From: Escherichia coli
Lineage (GTDB): Bacteria; Pseudomonadota; Gammaproteobacteria; Enterobacterales; Enterobacteriaceae
Direction: 5' to 3' (one strand)
DNA: 64,000 nucleotides
Assembly (NCBI RefSeq): GCF_044324875.1
Contig: NZ_CP172185.1
Shown here: in pieces, positions 48,849 to 59,263 of the stretch
Numbering within the stretch: the stretch's first letter is position 1
Layout of the letters: every line of letters starts with the position of its first letter
The notes under the pieces: generated by a model
What the model saw: only the letters and a program-made list of their open reading frames with translations
Databases searched by the model: none
Told to the model about the DNA's origin: nothing
Translations under genes and position numbers: made by a program

Positions 48849-49061
48849 TTAATCTCGCGTTTCGATGGTGAGCGGGCGAACCAGACCATAAATCACCATT
48901 GGCGTTCCGAGGCCAATCAGCAATAAACGGTAGATAATTGAAGGTTTAATACGCTTAATCTGTACTGTGGATGTTTTACTGGAGTTATTCATTAGTTTGG
49001 CCAATAGTTCCATTATTTCAATATGATAAGCCTCGCACTGTTGAAAAGCCAGGCTGCACAT
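48849..49061 (-). CDS. Hypothetical small membrane protein (54-70 aa)
   Basis: ORF with C-terminal hydrophobic segment IIYRLLLIGLGTPMVIYGLV between aldB and yiaW; no family recognised. Confidence 0.25.
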   Translation of the reverse strand: MCSLAFQQCEAYHIEIMELLAKLMNNSSKTSTVQIKRIKPSIIYRLLLIGLGTPMVIYGLVRPLTIETRD

Positions 49062-49174
49062 TTCAGAAAGTATATAAAAAACAATATGTCGTTATATAAA
49101 TAAGGAAATTGCACCGCATTATGGTATTTCATAATATGCGTTAATTGTTCTTTTCTATATTCTCTGAGGGAAAT

Positions 49175-49498
49175 ATGTTCCTGGATTATTTTGCATTGGG
49201 AGTGCTTATTTTTGTATTTCTGGTGATATTCTATGGGATTATTATTTTACATGATGTTCCCTACCTGATTGCTAAAAAACGTAATCATCCACATGCCGAC
49301 GCCATTCATGTTGCTGGTTGGGTAAGTCTTTTTACGTTACATGTTATCTGGCCATTTTTGTGGATTTGGGCCACGCTTTACCGCCCGGAGCGGGGATGGG
49401 GAATGCAAAACCATGACTCCTCCGTTGTGCAACTACAACAGCGTATTGCCGGGCTGGAGAAACAGCTCGCCGACATCAAATCCTCTTCTGCCGAGTAA
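49175..49498 (+). CDS. yiaW: DUF3302-family small inner-membrane protein
   Basis: 107 aa from [11 protein letters not shown]; paralogue of the yibI product. Confidence 0.85.
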   Translation: MFLDYFALGVLIFVFLVIFYGIIILHDVPYLIAKKRNHPHADAIHVAGWVSLFTLHVIWPFLWIWATLYRPERGWGMQNHDSSVVQLQQRIAGLEKQLADIKSSSAE

Positions 49499-49503
49499 TA
49501 CTT

Positions 49504-50640
49504 ATGGATTTACTGATTATTTTAACCTATGTGGCTTTCGCATGGGCAATGTTTAAGATCTTCAAAATTCCTGTAAATAAATGGACCATTCCCACAGCGG
49601 CCCTGGGTGGCATATTTATTGTCAGCGGTTTAATTCTGTTAATGAACTATAACCATCCGTATACCTTTAAAGCGCAAAAAGCGGTTATTTCTATTCCTGT
49701 TGTCCCACAGGTGACAGGCGTGGTGATCGAAGTGACGGACAAGAAAAATACGCTGATTAAAAAAGGTGAGGTGCTATTTCGACTGGACCCGACGCGTTAT
49801 CAGGCGCGGGTGGATCGGCTGATGGCGGATATCGTTACCGCAGAACATAAACAGCGGGCGTTGGGCGCAGAGTTAGATGAGATGGCGGCGAATACTCAGC
49901 AGGCAAAGGCCACGCGGGATAAATTCGCTAAAGAGTATCAGCGTTACGCACGCGGCAGTCAGGCGAAAGTAAACCCGTTTTCAGAACGTGATATCGATGT
50001 GGCGCGGCAAAATTATCTGGCACAGGAAGCCTCCGTAAAATCAGCGGCGGCGGAACAAAAACAGATCCTGAGCCAGCTGGATAGCCTGGTGTTGGGTGAA
50101 CATTCTCAAATCGCCAGCCTGAAAGCACAGCTCGCGGAAGCAAAATATAACCTTGAGCAGACGATAGTGCGTGCGCCGAGCGATGGTTATGTGACCCAGG
50201 TACTGATTCGTCCGGGTACCTATGCCGCGTCGCTGCCGCTACGTCCGGTGATGGTGTTTATACCCGATCAGAAACGACAAATCGTGGCGCAGTTCCGTCA
50301 GAACTCCTTGCTGCGACTGGCTCCTGGCGACGATGCGGAAGTGGTGTTTAATGCTCTGCCAGGTAAGGTATTCAGCGGTAAGCTGGCAGCCATTAGTCCA
50401 GCCGTTCCCGGCGGAGCTTATCAGTCGACCGGCACCTTACAGACGTTAAACACAGCGCCGGGTTCAGATGGCGTTATCGCGACCATTGAACTGGATGAGC
50501 ATACTGATTTGAGCGCATTACCAGACGGTATTTACGCCCAGGTGGCGGTCTACTCTGATCATTTCAGCCATGTCTCGGTGATGCGCAAAGTACTGTTACG
50601 CATGACCAGCTGGGTGCATTACCTTTATCTCGATCATTAA
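49504..50640 (+). CDS. yiaV: HlyD-family membrane-fusion-like protein
   Basis: 378 aa; paralogue of the yibH product, with an almost identical C-terminal tail. Confidence 0.85.
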   Translation: MDLLIILTYVAFAWAMFKIFKIPVNKWTIPTAALGGIFIVSGLILLMNYNHPYTFKAQKAVISIPVVPQVTGVVIEVTDKKNTLIKKGEVLFRLDPTRYQARVDRLMADIVTAEHKQRALGAELDEMAANTQQAKATRDKFAKEYQRYARGSQAKVNPFSERDIDVARQNYLAQEASVKSAAAEQKQILSQLDSLVLGEHSQIASLKAQLAEAKYNLEQTIVRAPSDGYVTQVLIRPGTYAASLPLRPVMVFIPDQKRQIVAQFRQNSLLRLAPGDDAEVVFNALPGKVFSGKLAAISPAVPGGAYQSTGTLQTLNTAPGSDGVIATIELDEHTDLSALPDGIYAQVAVYSDHFSHVSVMRKVLLRMTSWVHYLYLDH

Positions 50641-51611
50641 TCTTCGCTTTCCGCCGTTTGTTCAGGCCGCAGTTGCTGCGACTGAGCAAGCTGGTGGCGA
50701 ATTTCACGCAGCATTTCATCCAGCACATACTGGACCCGCCAGGGCTGGTATTCCCGTTTACGGAAGATAGCCACCAGATCCAGCCACCATTCATACGGGT
50801 GCTGAAAGCAGGGCACCAGCGTGCCGTCTTGCAGGTCGCTCTGCACACTTTTGTCTGGCGCAAACACAATCCCCAGGTGATTTCGTGCCAGCTCCAGCGC
50901 AGATTGCGTGTTGTCGCAAACGTAATTTCCCTTCACGCGATAATCCCGCACCTCTTTACTCCCGGCGACGTTGAAGCGCCAGATATTCGCGTCGTCGATC
51001 ATCATCGAGTCGATCAAAATACAGGAGTGATGTTCGAGTTCGTCAGGACGGCTAATGGGATGTTTCTCAAGATAGCGCTGGCTGGCATAAGCGGTTACGG
51101 CATATTGGGTAATAAAACTGGCAACCAGCGATTCATCTTTTGGTTGGGCGTAGCTGATTAAAACATCACAATCATCGGGAAATTCGACGCCTTCATAAAA
51201 GGCATTACGCTCAAGATTGCAGGTTTTTAGCGATAAGGTGATATCACCGATATCTTTAATTTTATCGATTACATGTTTGGATAAATAGGTAATTATGCCG
51301 GTTGGTGCATAGATAGTGACCCGACCACGTTTCTCATGCTTATAATCTGCAATAAAATTATTAAGCTGCTCGTTTCTGTCCAGCATGTCGTTGATGTACG
51401 GTAACAGCACGGTGCCAAAAGGTGTGAGCATCAGCTGTCGGGTGGTTCGGTCAAAGACTTTTAAACCCACTTTTGATTCAAAATCAGCAAGATATTTGCT
51501 GACGTTGGCCTGTGCGATGCCAAGTACAGTCGCGGCATGGCTGATATTTTCACTGGCAGCGATTACCGAGATAATTTTTAACTCCCGGTACTTAAGTTGT
51601 AATTTTGTCAT
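50637..51611 (-). CDS. yiaU: LysR-family transcriptional regulator
   Basis: 324 aa with N-terminal HTH and LysR substrate-binding domain; convergent with yiaV, stops overlap. Confidence 0.88.
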   Translation of the reverse strand: MTKLQLKYRELKIISVIAASENISHAATVLGIAQANVSKYLADFESKVGLKVFDRTTRQLMLTPFGTVLLPYINDMLDRNEQLNNFIADYKHEKRGRVTIYAPTGIITYLSKHVIDKIKDIGDITLSLKTCNLERNAFYEGVEFPDDCDVLISYAQPKDESLVASFITQYAVTAYASQRYLEKHPISRPDELEHHSCILIDSMMIDDANIWRFNVAGSKEVRDYRVKGNYVCDNTQSALELARNHLGIVFAPDKSVQSDLQDGTLVPCFQHPYEWWLDLVAIFRKREYQPWRVQYVLDEMLREIRHQLAQSQQLRPEQTAESED

Positions 51612-51734
51612 CGCAACAGCCCAATTATATATAATTTTATATATTACTATATAAATATGAATCTTGCACCGGATAAATTGTAAGCATTACTATGCCGACT
51701 CTTTTTTATCTTATTTTAAAATGGAATACCGGAC

Positions 51735-52475
51735 ATGTTAATTAACCGCAATATTGTGGCGTTATTTGCGTTGCCTTTTATGGCAAGCGCAACTGCTTCT
51801 GAATTATCCATTGGTGCTGGTGCGGCTTATAATGAATCGCCTTATCGCGGTTATAATGAAAATACAAAGGCAATTCCGCTGATTAGTTATGAAGGTGATA
51901 CTTTTTATGTTCGTCAGACCACGTTAGGTTTTATTCTGTCGCAAAGTGAAAAAAATGAACTTAGCCTGACCGCATCCTGGATGCCGCTGGAATTTGACCC
52001 TGCCGATAATGACGATTATGCCATGCAACAGCTTGATAAGCGTGATAGTACGGCTATGGCGGGGGTTGCCTGGTATCACCACGAGCGTTGGGGAACCGTG
52101 AAAGCCTCTGCGGCTGCGGACGTTCTGGATAACAGCAACGGCTGGGTGGGGGAGCTATCGGTATTCCACAAAATGCAGATAGGTCGCCTGTCGCTGACAC
52201 CTGCGCTGGGCGTTCTCTATTATGACGAGAATTTCAGTGACTATTACTATGGCATTTCAGAGAGTGAGTCCCGTCGTAGCGGTCTGGCAAGTTATTCCGC
52301 GCAGGATGCCTGGGTGCCCTATGTCAGCCTGACGGCAAAATACCCGATAGGAGAGCACGTCGTATTGATGGCGAGCGCAGGATACAGCGAGCTGCCGGAA
52401 GAGATTACCGACAGCCCGATGGTTGATCGTAATGAGAGTTTTACCTTTGTCACTGGCGTGAGCTGGCGTTTTTAA
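51735..52475 (+). CDS. yiaT: MipA/OmpV-family outer-membrane protein
   Basis: 246 aa with signal peptide and C-terminal aromatic residue (ends SWRF). Confidence 0.85.
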   Translation: MLINRNIVALFALPFMASATASELSIGAGAAYNESPYRGYNENTKAIPLISYEGDTFYVRQTTLGFILSQSEKNELSLTASWMPLEFDPADNDDYAMQQLDKRDSTAMAGVAWYHHERWGTVKASAAADVLDNSNGWVGELSVFHKMQIGRLSLTPALGVLYYDENFSDYYYGISESESRRSGLASYSAQDAWVPYVSLTAKYPIGEHVVLMASAGYSELPEEITDSPMVDRNESFTFVTGVSWRF

Positions 52476-52484
52476 TTCACCGGT

Positions 52485-52604
52485 GGATGTCGGTGCGGCT
52501 GGCCTACGCTCTCGCACCGACTTGTAGGCCTGATAAGACGTGTTAAGCGTCGCATCAGGCAATGTGCACCCTACGGTGGATGCGGCGCGAGTGCCTTATC
52601 CAAC
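52485..52604. repeat. REP/BIME-like palindrome cluster at the yiaT-proximal boundary of the accessory insert
   Basis: Hairpin gtcggtgcg/cgcaccgac; REP-like gcctgataagacgtgttaagcgtcgcatcaggc; further REP-like half. Confidence 0.75.
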
Positions 52605-54575
52605 CTACGGATGGCAATGCTTTTCCTCATTCACCCAGATCCGCATTTCGCCTTCACCCCGGTTGGCCCAGCTAAACCACGGGATAAACGTCAGAATTTG
52701 CGGCTGGCGTTTGGCTGGCGCGCTGTCGTAATGCCACAGCGGTTGCTGCTCTGGATTGCTCTGTTCATACCGGTAACCCGGTGCCTGGATTAAGATCTTA
52801 TGGCTGAACAATCCCTTACCTTCAAATGTCGTAAATGGCGCATCGGCGGGCAGCCACAGGTTATGCAGTGACTCGCCGTTGTCGGCCTGTTCCAGGCAAT
52901 ACACCAGCGGGCCGCGCTGAATCGCCACTTTTCCGGCGACGTGACGCACCAGAGGGTTACCGTAAACGCGGCGTACCGGCATCGGCAAAGTCAGATTCAG
53001 CGTATCGCCCTCCTGCCATTCGCGGGTAATGTGCAAATACCCTTTACGAATATCCTGCTCGACCTCTTCCCCATTCAATATGATCTGCGGCTGTGTGCAC
53101 CAGTCCGGCAGACGTAAAGCCAGCGTATGACGCACCGGCTGGGGCGATTCAACCGCAATTGTCACCTGTTCCTGCCACGGATAGTTCCCGCTAACCCGCA
53201 GGCGCAACGTGCCATTTTCTACCGGCACTTCCATGCTGTTTCCTGCGTAGATGTTGATATACAACGCATCTTCACGCGGCGTGTAGAGATAATGACCAAT
53301 CGAGGTCAGTACGCGGGCGATATTTGGCGGACAACAAGCGCAGCCAAACCAACGCTGGCGGAGCGGTTTAACGTGATCGTAGATATGGTTGAATTTCAGC
53401 GATTTTGGATGTACTTCCAGCGGATTCACATAGAAGAAATGTTTGCCATCCAGTGCCATGCCGCCGAGCACAGTGTTGTACAGCGCGCGCTCCATCACAT
53501 CGGCATATTGACTGTCGCCTTCCATTTCCAGCATTCGCCGGGCAAACATCATCAGGCCGATGGAGGCGCAACTTTCAGCGTATACCGTGTCATTCGGCAG
53601 ATCGTAATCGCTGCTGAACGCTTCACCGCTGCTTTGTGAGCCAATGCCGCCGGTAATATATAACTGACGCTGGGCCATATTGTTCCACAGCCGCAGGCAA
53701 TCCTGACGCTTGCTTTCATCGTGACTTAAACGCGCCAGATGTGCGACGCCAGTCATCAGGTAGACAAAGCGTACTGCATGTCCGATGGCGGTTTGTTGCT
53801 GTGCGATGGGCAAATGCGCCTGGCTGTAGGCTTTATCTTTCACCATCCACGCCGGGCCGTAGGTGTGCCAGTGCGAGGTCTGCCCGCGCTTTTCATATTC
53901 CTGGTCGTAATAGTGCGGTTGCGCACCACGCTGTTCGACAAAATAGTTCGTCAGCGCCAGGTAGCGCGGCTCTTCGGTCACTTCATACAGGCGCATTAGT
54001 GCCAGTTCAATTTCCGGGTGACCAGGATAACCGTGTAACTTACTTTCACCTGGACCAAATACGCTGTCGATATGATCGGCCAGACGGCAAACCACTTCCA
54101 GCAAGCGCCGCTTGCCCGTGGCCTGGAAGAAGGCGACTCCGGCTTCAATCAGATGACCGGCGCAGTAAAGTTCATGACACTCCGCCAGATTGCTCCAGCG
54201 TTCTTCGGGCGCTTTTACCGTAAAGTAAGTATTGAGATAGCCATCTTCGCACTGGGCGGAGGCGATCAGTTCAATCACCTCGTCAGCAGTTTTTTCCAGT
54301 TCGGCATCCGGCTTCTGGCACAGCGACCAGGCTACCGCTTCCAGCCATTTGGCGACGTCGCTGTCCTGAAACACCATCCCGTAAAATTCACCGTCTTGCA
54401 GTCCTGCGGCAATGCGAAAGTTTTCAATCGCATGGCTGGGTTCCGCTTCTGGGATACGATCGTTCAAGGCGTCCCACTGATAAGGAATCACCACATCGCG
54501 GACCAGTTGTTGGTACTGACCGAGGAACGGATCGCTGACCGTCAGTTTATGCAGATCGACTTCCGAAATGTTCAT
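52605..54575 (-). CDS. Glycoside hydrolase family 127 protein (DUF1680; beta-L-arabinofuranosidase-like)
   Basis: About 656 aa from MNISEVDLHKL; family assigned from overall resemblance to HypBA1-type proteins, including a Cys-rich C-terminal region. Confidence 0.65.
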   Translation of the reverse strand: MNISEVDLHKLTVSDPFLGQYQQLVRDVVIPYQWDALNDRIPEAEPSHAIENFRIAAGLQDGEFYGMVFQDSDVAKWLEAVAWSLCQKPDAELEKTADEVIELIASAQCEDGYLNTYFTVKAPEERWSNLAECHELYCAGHLIEAGVAFFQATGKRRLLEVVCRLADHIDSVFGPGESKLHGYPGHPEIELALMRLYEVTEEPRYLALTNYFVEQRGAQPHYYDQEYEKRGQTSHWHTYGPAWMVKDKAYSQAHLPIAQQQTAIGHAVRFVYLMTGVAHLARLSHDESKRQDCLRLWNNMAQRQLYITGGIGSQSSGEAFSSDYDLPNDTVYAESCASIGLMMFARRMLEMEGDSQYADVMERALYNTVLGGMALDGKHFFYVNPLEVHPKSLKFNHIYDHVKPLRQRWFGCACCPPNIARVLTSIGHYLYTPREDALYINIYAGNSMEVPVENGTLRLRVSGNYPWQEQVTIAVESPQPVRHTLALRLPDWCTQPQIILNGEEVEQDIRKGYLHITREWQEGDTLNLTLPMPVRRVYGNPLVRHVAGKVAIQRGPLVYCLEQADNGESLHNLWLPADAPFTTFEGKGLFSHKILIQAPGYRYEQSNPEQQPLWHYDSAPAKRQPQILTFIPWFSWANRGEGEMRIWVNEEKHCHP

Positions 54576-54585
54576 CTTGTGCTCC

Positions 54586-55986
54586 TTAAGGCTGTACATG
54601 ACGCTGACGCAGGTCGCTAGCAATGCGTGACATCATAGGGTTATTGAGTTTGCAAAAGCGGATCGCCATCGCCAGCAGCAGGTGGAATAGCGCAGGCAGC
54701 AATGTTTCCATTGCTGTGATCCCGCCAAGCGAACTGGCGGTCTGGTTTTCCACGCCTGGCTGGTAGGCGACAAAAATAAACAGCAGGCTGATGATCCCGG
54801 CGCTGGAGGCCCAGGCCAGCTTGATGAAAAACAGATTGAAGGCGAAGTTCATGCCGGAAGAACGTACGCGGGTTTTCCACTCGCCGTAGTCATCGGCAAA
54901 GGCCATCAATGAGAAGTGCAGTGGCAATGTGAAGCCAAGAATCACGCCATTACCGAGGATCACCGCCAGCCACAGCGTTTGATAAGCCGGGCCAGAGGGC
55001 AGGAACCACATCAACACCGCCAGCGCAGCGAGGAGCAGGTTGGTGTAGTAGTAAATTTTGACGGTATCGAAACGCCGCGTTAATGGGCTGACAATCACCG
55101 AGCCGATAATGGAGGCGAAGGTGACCATGGTGAAGAACAGCGACGTGTAGCCCGTACTGCCTTGTAAGACGTAGGTAATGAAGTACATATACCCACCGCC
55201 GCGAATATTAAAGACGTTAATCAGCAGGAAAGACATGACCAGCATCAGCAGCAGTTGGTCGTTGTTTCGCAGCCCGGCAAGATGTTCGCGCAGGGTAAAT
55301 TTCCCCATTGTGGAGAGTGGTACCCGTTCACGAACCCAGAAGAAACAGCACAGGAACATCACCACAGCGATGGCGCACAGCACGCCGACGCCCAGTTGAT
55401 AGCCGCGCGCGGCATTACCCTGACCGAAGAGATCCACCATCCACGGTAAGCCTACCGAAACCAGAAATCCCGCTACACCGCAGAGAACGAATCGCCAGGA
55501 CTGGCAGGAGATCACTTCATTGTGGCGGGTGGTCATGGTGTTGATCAGCGCGCAGTACGGCACGTTGATGGCGGTATAACCGACTGAAAGGAGCAGGTAA
55601 GTGCCGAACGCCCAGGCGATTTTTACTCCCATGCTGGCATCTGGCACGGTGAACGTCAGGATGCCGATAATGCCGATGGGAATGGCAATCCATAACTGCC
55701 ACGGACGAAAGCGCCCCCAGTGACTTTGCGTCCGGTCGGCAATGACGCCCATCACCGGGTCGGAGATGGCATCAAACACGCGCAGTGCAATAAACAGCGT
55801 GCCGACCAGCGCCGGAGTTAAGCCAAAAACGTCGGTGTAGAAAAAGGTGAGAAAGTTCATGATCAGGCAAGTTATTACGGTGCCGCCTGCGTCACCCAGG
55901 CCGTAGCCTATTTTTTCCCGTACAGATAACGCATCGTCAATTTTACCTTTAGCGATATCAGCGGTAGTAATCGGTGTAGAGGTCAT
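54586..55986 (-). CDS. Glycoside-pentoside-hexuronide (GPH) family cation symporter
   Basis: 466-aa 12-TM MFS-type protein, MelB/YicJ-like; 10 bp upstream of the GH127 gene. Confidence 0.75.
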   Translation of the reverse strand: MTSTPITTADIAKGKIDDALSVREKIGYGLGDAGGTVITCLIMNFLTFFYTDVFGLTPALVGTLFIALRVFDAISDPVMGVIADRTQSHWGRFRPWQLWIAIPIGIIGILTFTVPDASMGVKIAWAFGTYLLLSVGYTAINVPYCALINTMTTRHNEVISCQSWRFVLCGVAGFLVSVGLPWMVDLFGQGNAARGYQLGVGVLCAIAVVMFLCCFFWVRERVPLSTMGKFTLREHLAGLRNNDQLLLMLVMSFLLINVFNIRGGGYMYFITYVLQGSTGYTSLFFTMVTFASIIGSVIVSPLTRRFDTVKIYYYTNLLLAALAVLMWFLPSGPAYQTLWLAVILGNGVILGFTLPLHFSLMAFADDYGEWKTRVRSSGMNFAFNLFFIKLAWASSAGIISLLFIFVAYQPGVENQTASSLGGITAMETLLPALFHLLLAMAIRFCKLNNPMMSRIASDLRQRHVQP

Positions 55987-56146
55987 AGATATTCCTCGTA
56001 AATAGGGAGCAATTTTTAGTTTTATTGCAATGACCTGATTAATTCTGCCGTGAACGGGAATATCAACAAGGCGAGAAAAGAGTAAAAAAAGGTGACGATT
56101 CCGACCTGAATTTAAAAGTGTGAATTGGATCAGGTGAAATTAATGT

Positions 56147-56165
56147 TTTTGATTAATAATCAAAA
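56147..56165. promoter_or_regulatory. Candidate operator palindrome in the divergent transporter/regulator promoter region
   Basis: ttttgatta-a-taatcaaaa, 9-bp perfect arms, about 50 bp upstream of the AraC-type gene. Confidence 0.35.
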
Positions 56166-56211
56166 GGTAATGTGTTTGATCATTAATGAATAAGCGGGAA
56201 ATTACATATCA

Positions 56212-57027
56212 ATGCTCGAATTATCCATGACGTTACCGATTAAAGTGCAAAATGGTGGATTATTTATTTCCCGTGGCGTAGGGAGGCATCCGGCAAGGCG
56301 GCTGGAGTCATGGGAAATTATCTTTGTCGAAAAAGGTCGATTAGCGATTCAGGAAGAAGAGCGGATATTTCTGGTCGATGCGGGAGAGAGTTTATTACTC
56401 TGGCCGAACCGACAGCATGTTGGGGTAGAGGATTTTCCCGCCGATCTCAAATTTTACTGGCTGCATTTTGAGGTTAAAGCGCCGGACAACGACCCGCGCT
56501 GGCTCACTCATCTTAGCGTGCCGCAACAAACAAAGGTTGCCGATCGGCAGGCGCTGGTGGCCCTGTTTCGCCAGTTCTTAAGCGAACAGGAAAAGCATCA
56601 ACGCACTCCGGCGCTGGAGTTTATTGTGCTGCTGATTTTGCAGCAACTCACCCGTGACGCGCGTCTTGATGAACAGGCCGATGCCGCAGGTACCACGCTT
56701 GCCTGGAAAGCGCAGAAACTGATCCGCACGCAATATCATCGCCCGCTTTCCACGGCGCTTTTAGCCCGCGAGCTGTACTGCAATGCCGATTATCTTGGGC
56801 GCGTCTACCGGCGGGTGTTTCATCTGACGTTAACAGAAGCAATTCATCGCCAGCGAGTGCGCGAAGCCGAAAAGCTGTTAATTAGCGAAGCGCGATCGCT
56901 CACTGAAGTGGCTGCGTTGTGCGGGTTTAATGACGTTGGCTATTTCCGACAGATTTTTCGCAAACACACCGGTTTAACGCCAGCTGCGTGGAAGCGACGT
57001 TACAGCAAGGAACATATCAATTCGTAG
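56212..57027 (+). CDS. AraC/XylS-family transcriptional regulator
   Basis: 271 aa; cupin-like N-terminus and C-terminal double-HTH region. Confidence 0.8.
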   Translation: MLELSMTLPIKVQNGGLFISRGVGRHPARRLESWEIIFVEKGRLAIQEEERIFLVDAGESLLLWPNRQHVGVEDFPADLKFYWLHFEVKAPDNDPRWLTHLSVPQQTKVADRQALVALFRQFLSEQEKHQRTPALEFIVLLILQQLTRDARLDEQADAAGTTLAWKAQKLIRTQYHRPLSTALLARELYCNADYLGRVYRRVFHLTLTEAIHRQRVREAEKLLISEARSLTEVAALCGFNDVGYFRQIFRKHTGLTPAAWKRRYSKEHINS

Positions 57028-57028
57028 T

Positions 57029-57050
57029 GCCGGGGCAATGAAGCCCCGGC
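57029..57050. terminator. GC-rich hairpin between convergent AraC-type gene and sgbE
   Basis: Perfect stem gccggggc/gccccggc with 6-nt loop; no clear U-tract on either strand. Confidence 0.45.
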
Positions 57051-57058
57051 GTGAGGGA

Positions 57059-57754
57059 TTACTGCCCGTAATAGGCATTGGCCCCATGCTTACGCAGGTA
57101 GTGCTTATCTAACAGTTCGTTTTGCATCGCAGGGAGCTGCGGCGCAAGCTGACGCGAGAACAGGCCCATATAGGCACACTCTTCCAGCACCACGGCGTTA
57201 TGCACTGCATCGGCGGCATTTTTTCCCCAGGCGAACGGGCCGTGAGAATGTACCAGAACCGCCGGGATTTGCGCTGGACTCCTGCCGCGTTCTTCGAGGG
57301 TTTCAATGATCACTTCGCCAGTCTGGTATTCATACTCGCCGTTGATCTCTTCTGCGGTCATCAGGCGCGTGCAGGGGATGGCTCCATAGAAGTAATCGGC
57401 GTGCGTGGTGCCCCAGGCGGGGAGATCCAGCCCGGCCTGTGACCAGATGGTCGCGTGGCGCGAGTGGGTATGCACAATGCCACCGATTTCGGCATAGCGA
57501 CGGTAGAGCGCCAGATGCGTTGGCGTGTCGGACGAGGGCTTTTTGCTGCCTTCCACCCCCTTACCGCTGGCTATCTCAACCACCACCATATCGTCGGCGG
57601 TCATCACGTCGTACTCGACGCCGGAAGGTTTGATTACCATCCATTGCCGCGTTTCGTCTACCGCGCTGACATTGCCCCAGGTGAACGTCACCAGATGGTG
57701 AGCGGGAAGCGCCAGATTCGCCGCCAGCACGTCGGCTTTCAGTTGCTCTAACAT
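57059..57754 (-). CDS. sgbE: L-ribulose-5-phosphate 4-epimerase
   Basis: 231-aa class II aldolase/epimerase matching SgbE. Confidence 0.9.
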   Translation of the reverse strand: MLEQLKADVLAANLALPAHHLVTFTWGNVSAVDETRQWMVIKPSGVEYDVMTADDMVVVEIASGKGVEGSKKPSSDTPTHLALYRRYAEIGGIVHTHSRHATIWSQAGLDLPAWGTTHADYFYGAIPCTRLMTAEEINGEYEYQTGEVIIETLEERGRSPAQIPAVLVHSHGPFAWGKNAADAVHNAVVLEECAYMGLFSRQLAPQLPAMQNELLDKHYLRKHGANAYYGQ

Positions 57755-58608
57755 ATAAATCCAGCCTCCTGCATACGCGCTTCAATCCAGCGCCGCGCCT
57801 GAATAATCTCCAGCACCGGCTCTTTGGCTTTTTCGGTCCACATCTCAATCAGGAAAGAACCGCGATAGTTCAGTTCATGCAGCGTTTTGAAGATGCCAAC
57901 GAAATCGACGCAGCCTTCGCCAAACGGCACATCACGGAACTGTCCGGGACTTTGCTCGGTGACTGGCCGGGTGTCTTTCAGGTGGATTGCGGCAATACGG
58001 TCAATGCCCAGTTTCAGTTCGGCGGAAACATCATTGCCCCAGGCGCTGAGGTTGCCGACGTCCGGGTAGACGGTGAACCACGGCGAGGCGAGCATCTCGT
58101 CCCACTTTTTCCATTTGCTGATGGAGTTCATAAACGCGGTATCCATAATCTCCACCGCCAGCATTACTTGTGATGCCGCCGCCTGTTCGACCGCCCACGC
58201 CAGCCCTTCAGCAAAACGTTGCTGGGTGCCTTCGTCGTGGTCTTCGTAATAGACGTCATAACCCGCCAGTTGAATGGTGCGAATGCCGAGATCGCGCGCC
58301 AGGCGAATCGCTTTACTCATGATTTCCCGCGCCCGTTCGCGCACCGCCTTGTCCCGGCTGCCAAAGGGGAAACGACGATGGGCAGACAGGCACATTGACG
58401 GAATGGCAACACCCGTTTCGATCATCGCAGTGACCAGCGAAGCACGTTGTGCGGCGCTCCAGTCAAGGCGTGACAAACGTTCGTCAGTTTCATCCACCGA
58501 CATTTCGACAAAATCAAAACCGCAGCTTTTCGCCAGCACCAGCCGCTCGGGCCAGGAGAGATCTTTCGCCAGCGCTTTTTCATAAACTCCTAACGGATGA
58601 TTACGCAC
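57748..58608 (-). CDS. sgbU: L-xylulose-5-phosphate 3-epimerase
   Basis: ORF track 5'-overextended; trimmed to [15 protein letters not shown] (286 aa). Confidence 0.88.
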   Translation of the reverse strand: MRNHPLGVYEKALAKDLSWPERLVLAKSCGFDFVEMSVDETDERLSRLDWSAAQRASLVTAMIETGVAIPSMCLSAHRRFPFGSRDKAVRERAREIMSKAIRLARDLGIRTIQLAGYDVYYEDHDEGTQQRFAEGLAWAVEQAAASQVMLAVEIMDTAFMNSISKWKKWDEMLASPWFTVYPDVGNLSAWGNDVSAELKLGIDRIAAIHLKDTRPVTEQSPGQFRDVPFGEGCVDFVGIFKTLHELNYRGSFLIEMWTEKAKEPVLEIIQARRWIEARMQEAGFIC

Positions 58609-59263
58609 GCGCGCCTCCCCAGATGGCATCAATTTGCGCATGAAAATCAGCGGCCACTTGCGCCGGATTTGCTGCGCCTGCCAGCGCCCGCCCGGCAATA
58701 AACGCTTTCACGCGGATATCTTTAAACAGCGGCAGGTCAGCAGGGGTAATCCCGCCGGTAATGGAAAGCTCAAGGCCGATATCGGAAAGTGCCTTCATGC
58801 GTGCCAGATCGGCTTCGCCCCACTGTTGCCCGCTGGCTTGCGCGTCACGACCGCGATGATAAATGGCCTGCCGCACGCCAATACGATGCCAGTCGCGGGC
58901 GTCGTCCAGCGTCCAGTTACCGAACAGCTCTATCTGAATTTCACCACCGCAGCGTTGCGCCATCGCGTGGCCTTTTTCCACCGTCGCGAGCGGCGCGGCG
59001 CAGATGATGGTCATCCAGTTGGCACCCGCGCCAAACGCCTGTTGCGCGAGCGTTTCACCCGCGTCGGCGACCTTCCAGTCAGCAACGATGATTTTATCCG
59101 GGCATTGTTCGCGTAAGGCTTTCACCGCGCCAAGCCCTTCGTTTAAACAGAGAATGGTGCCTGCTTCGACGATATCGACGCTGTCTTTTAACAGCGTCAC
59201 GTCGCGCTGTGCGTCTTCAAGTGATGAGTGGTCGAGGGCCAGTTGCAGAAGTGGTCGGCTCAT
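58601..59263 (-). CDS. sgbH: 3-keto-L-gulonate-6-phosphate decarboxylase
   Basis: 220-aa sequence matching SgbH. Confidence 0.9.
   Translation of the reverse strand: MSRPLLQLALDHSSLEDAQRDVTLLKDSVDIVEAGTILCLNEGLGAVKALREQCPDKIIVADWKVADAGETLAQQAFGAGANWMTIICAAPLATVEKGHAMAQRCGGEIQIELFGNWTLDDARDWHRIGVRQAIYHRGRDAQASGQQWGEADLARMKALSDIGLELSITGGITPADLPLFKDIRVKAFIAGRALAGAANPAQVAADFHAQIDAIWGGARA

Noticed and set aside
57029-57050. GC hairpin between the AraC-type gene and sgbE as a possible recombination scar or att site
   Set aside because: No flanking direct repeats or integrase; it is more simply a REP-like terminator structure between convergent genes.
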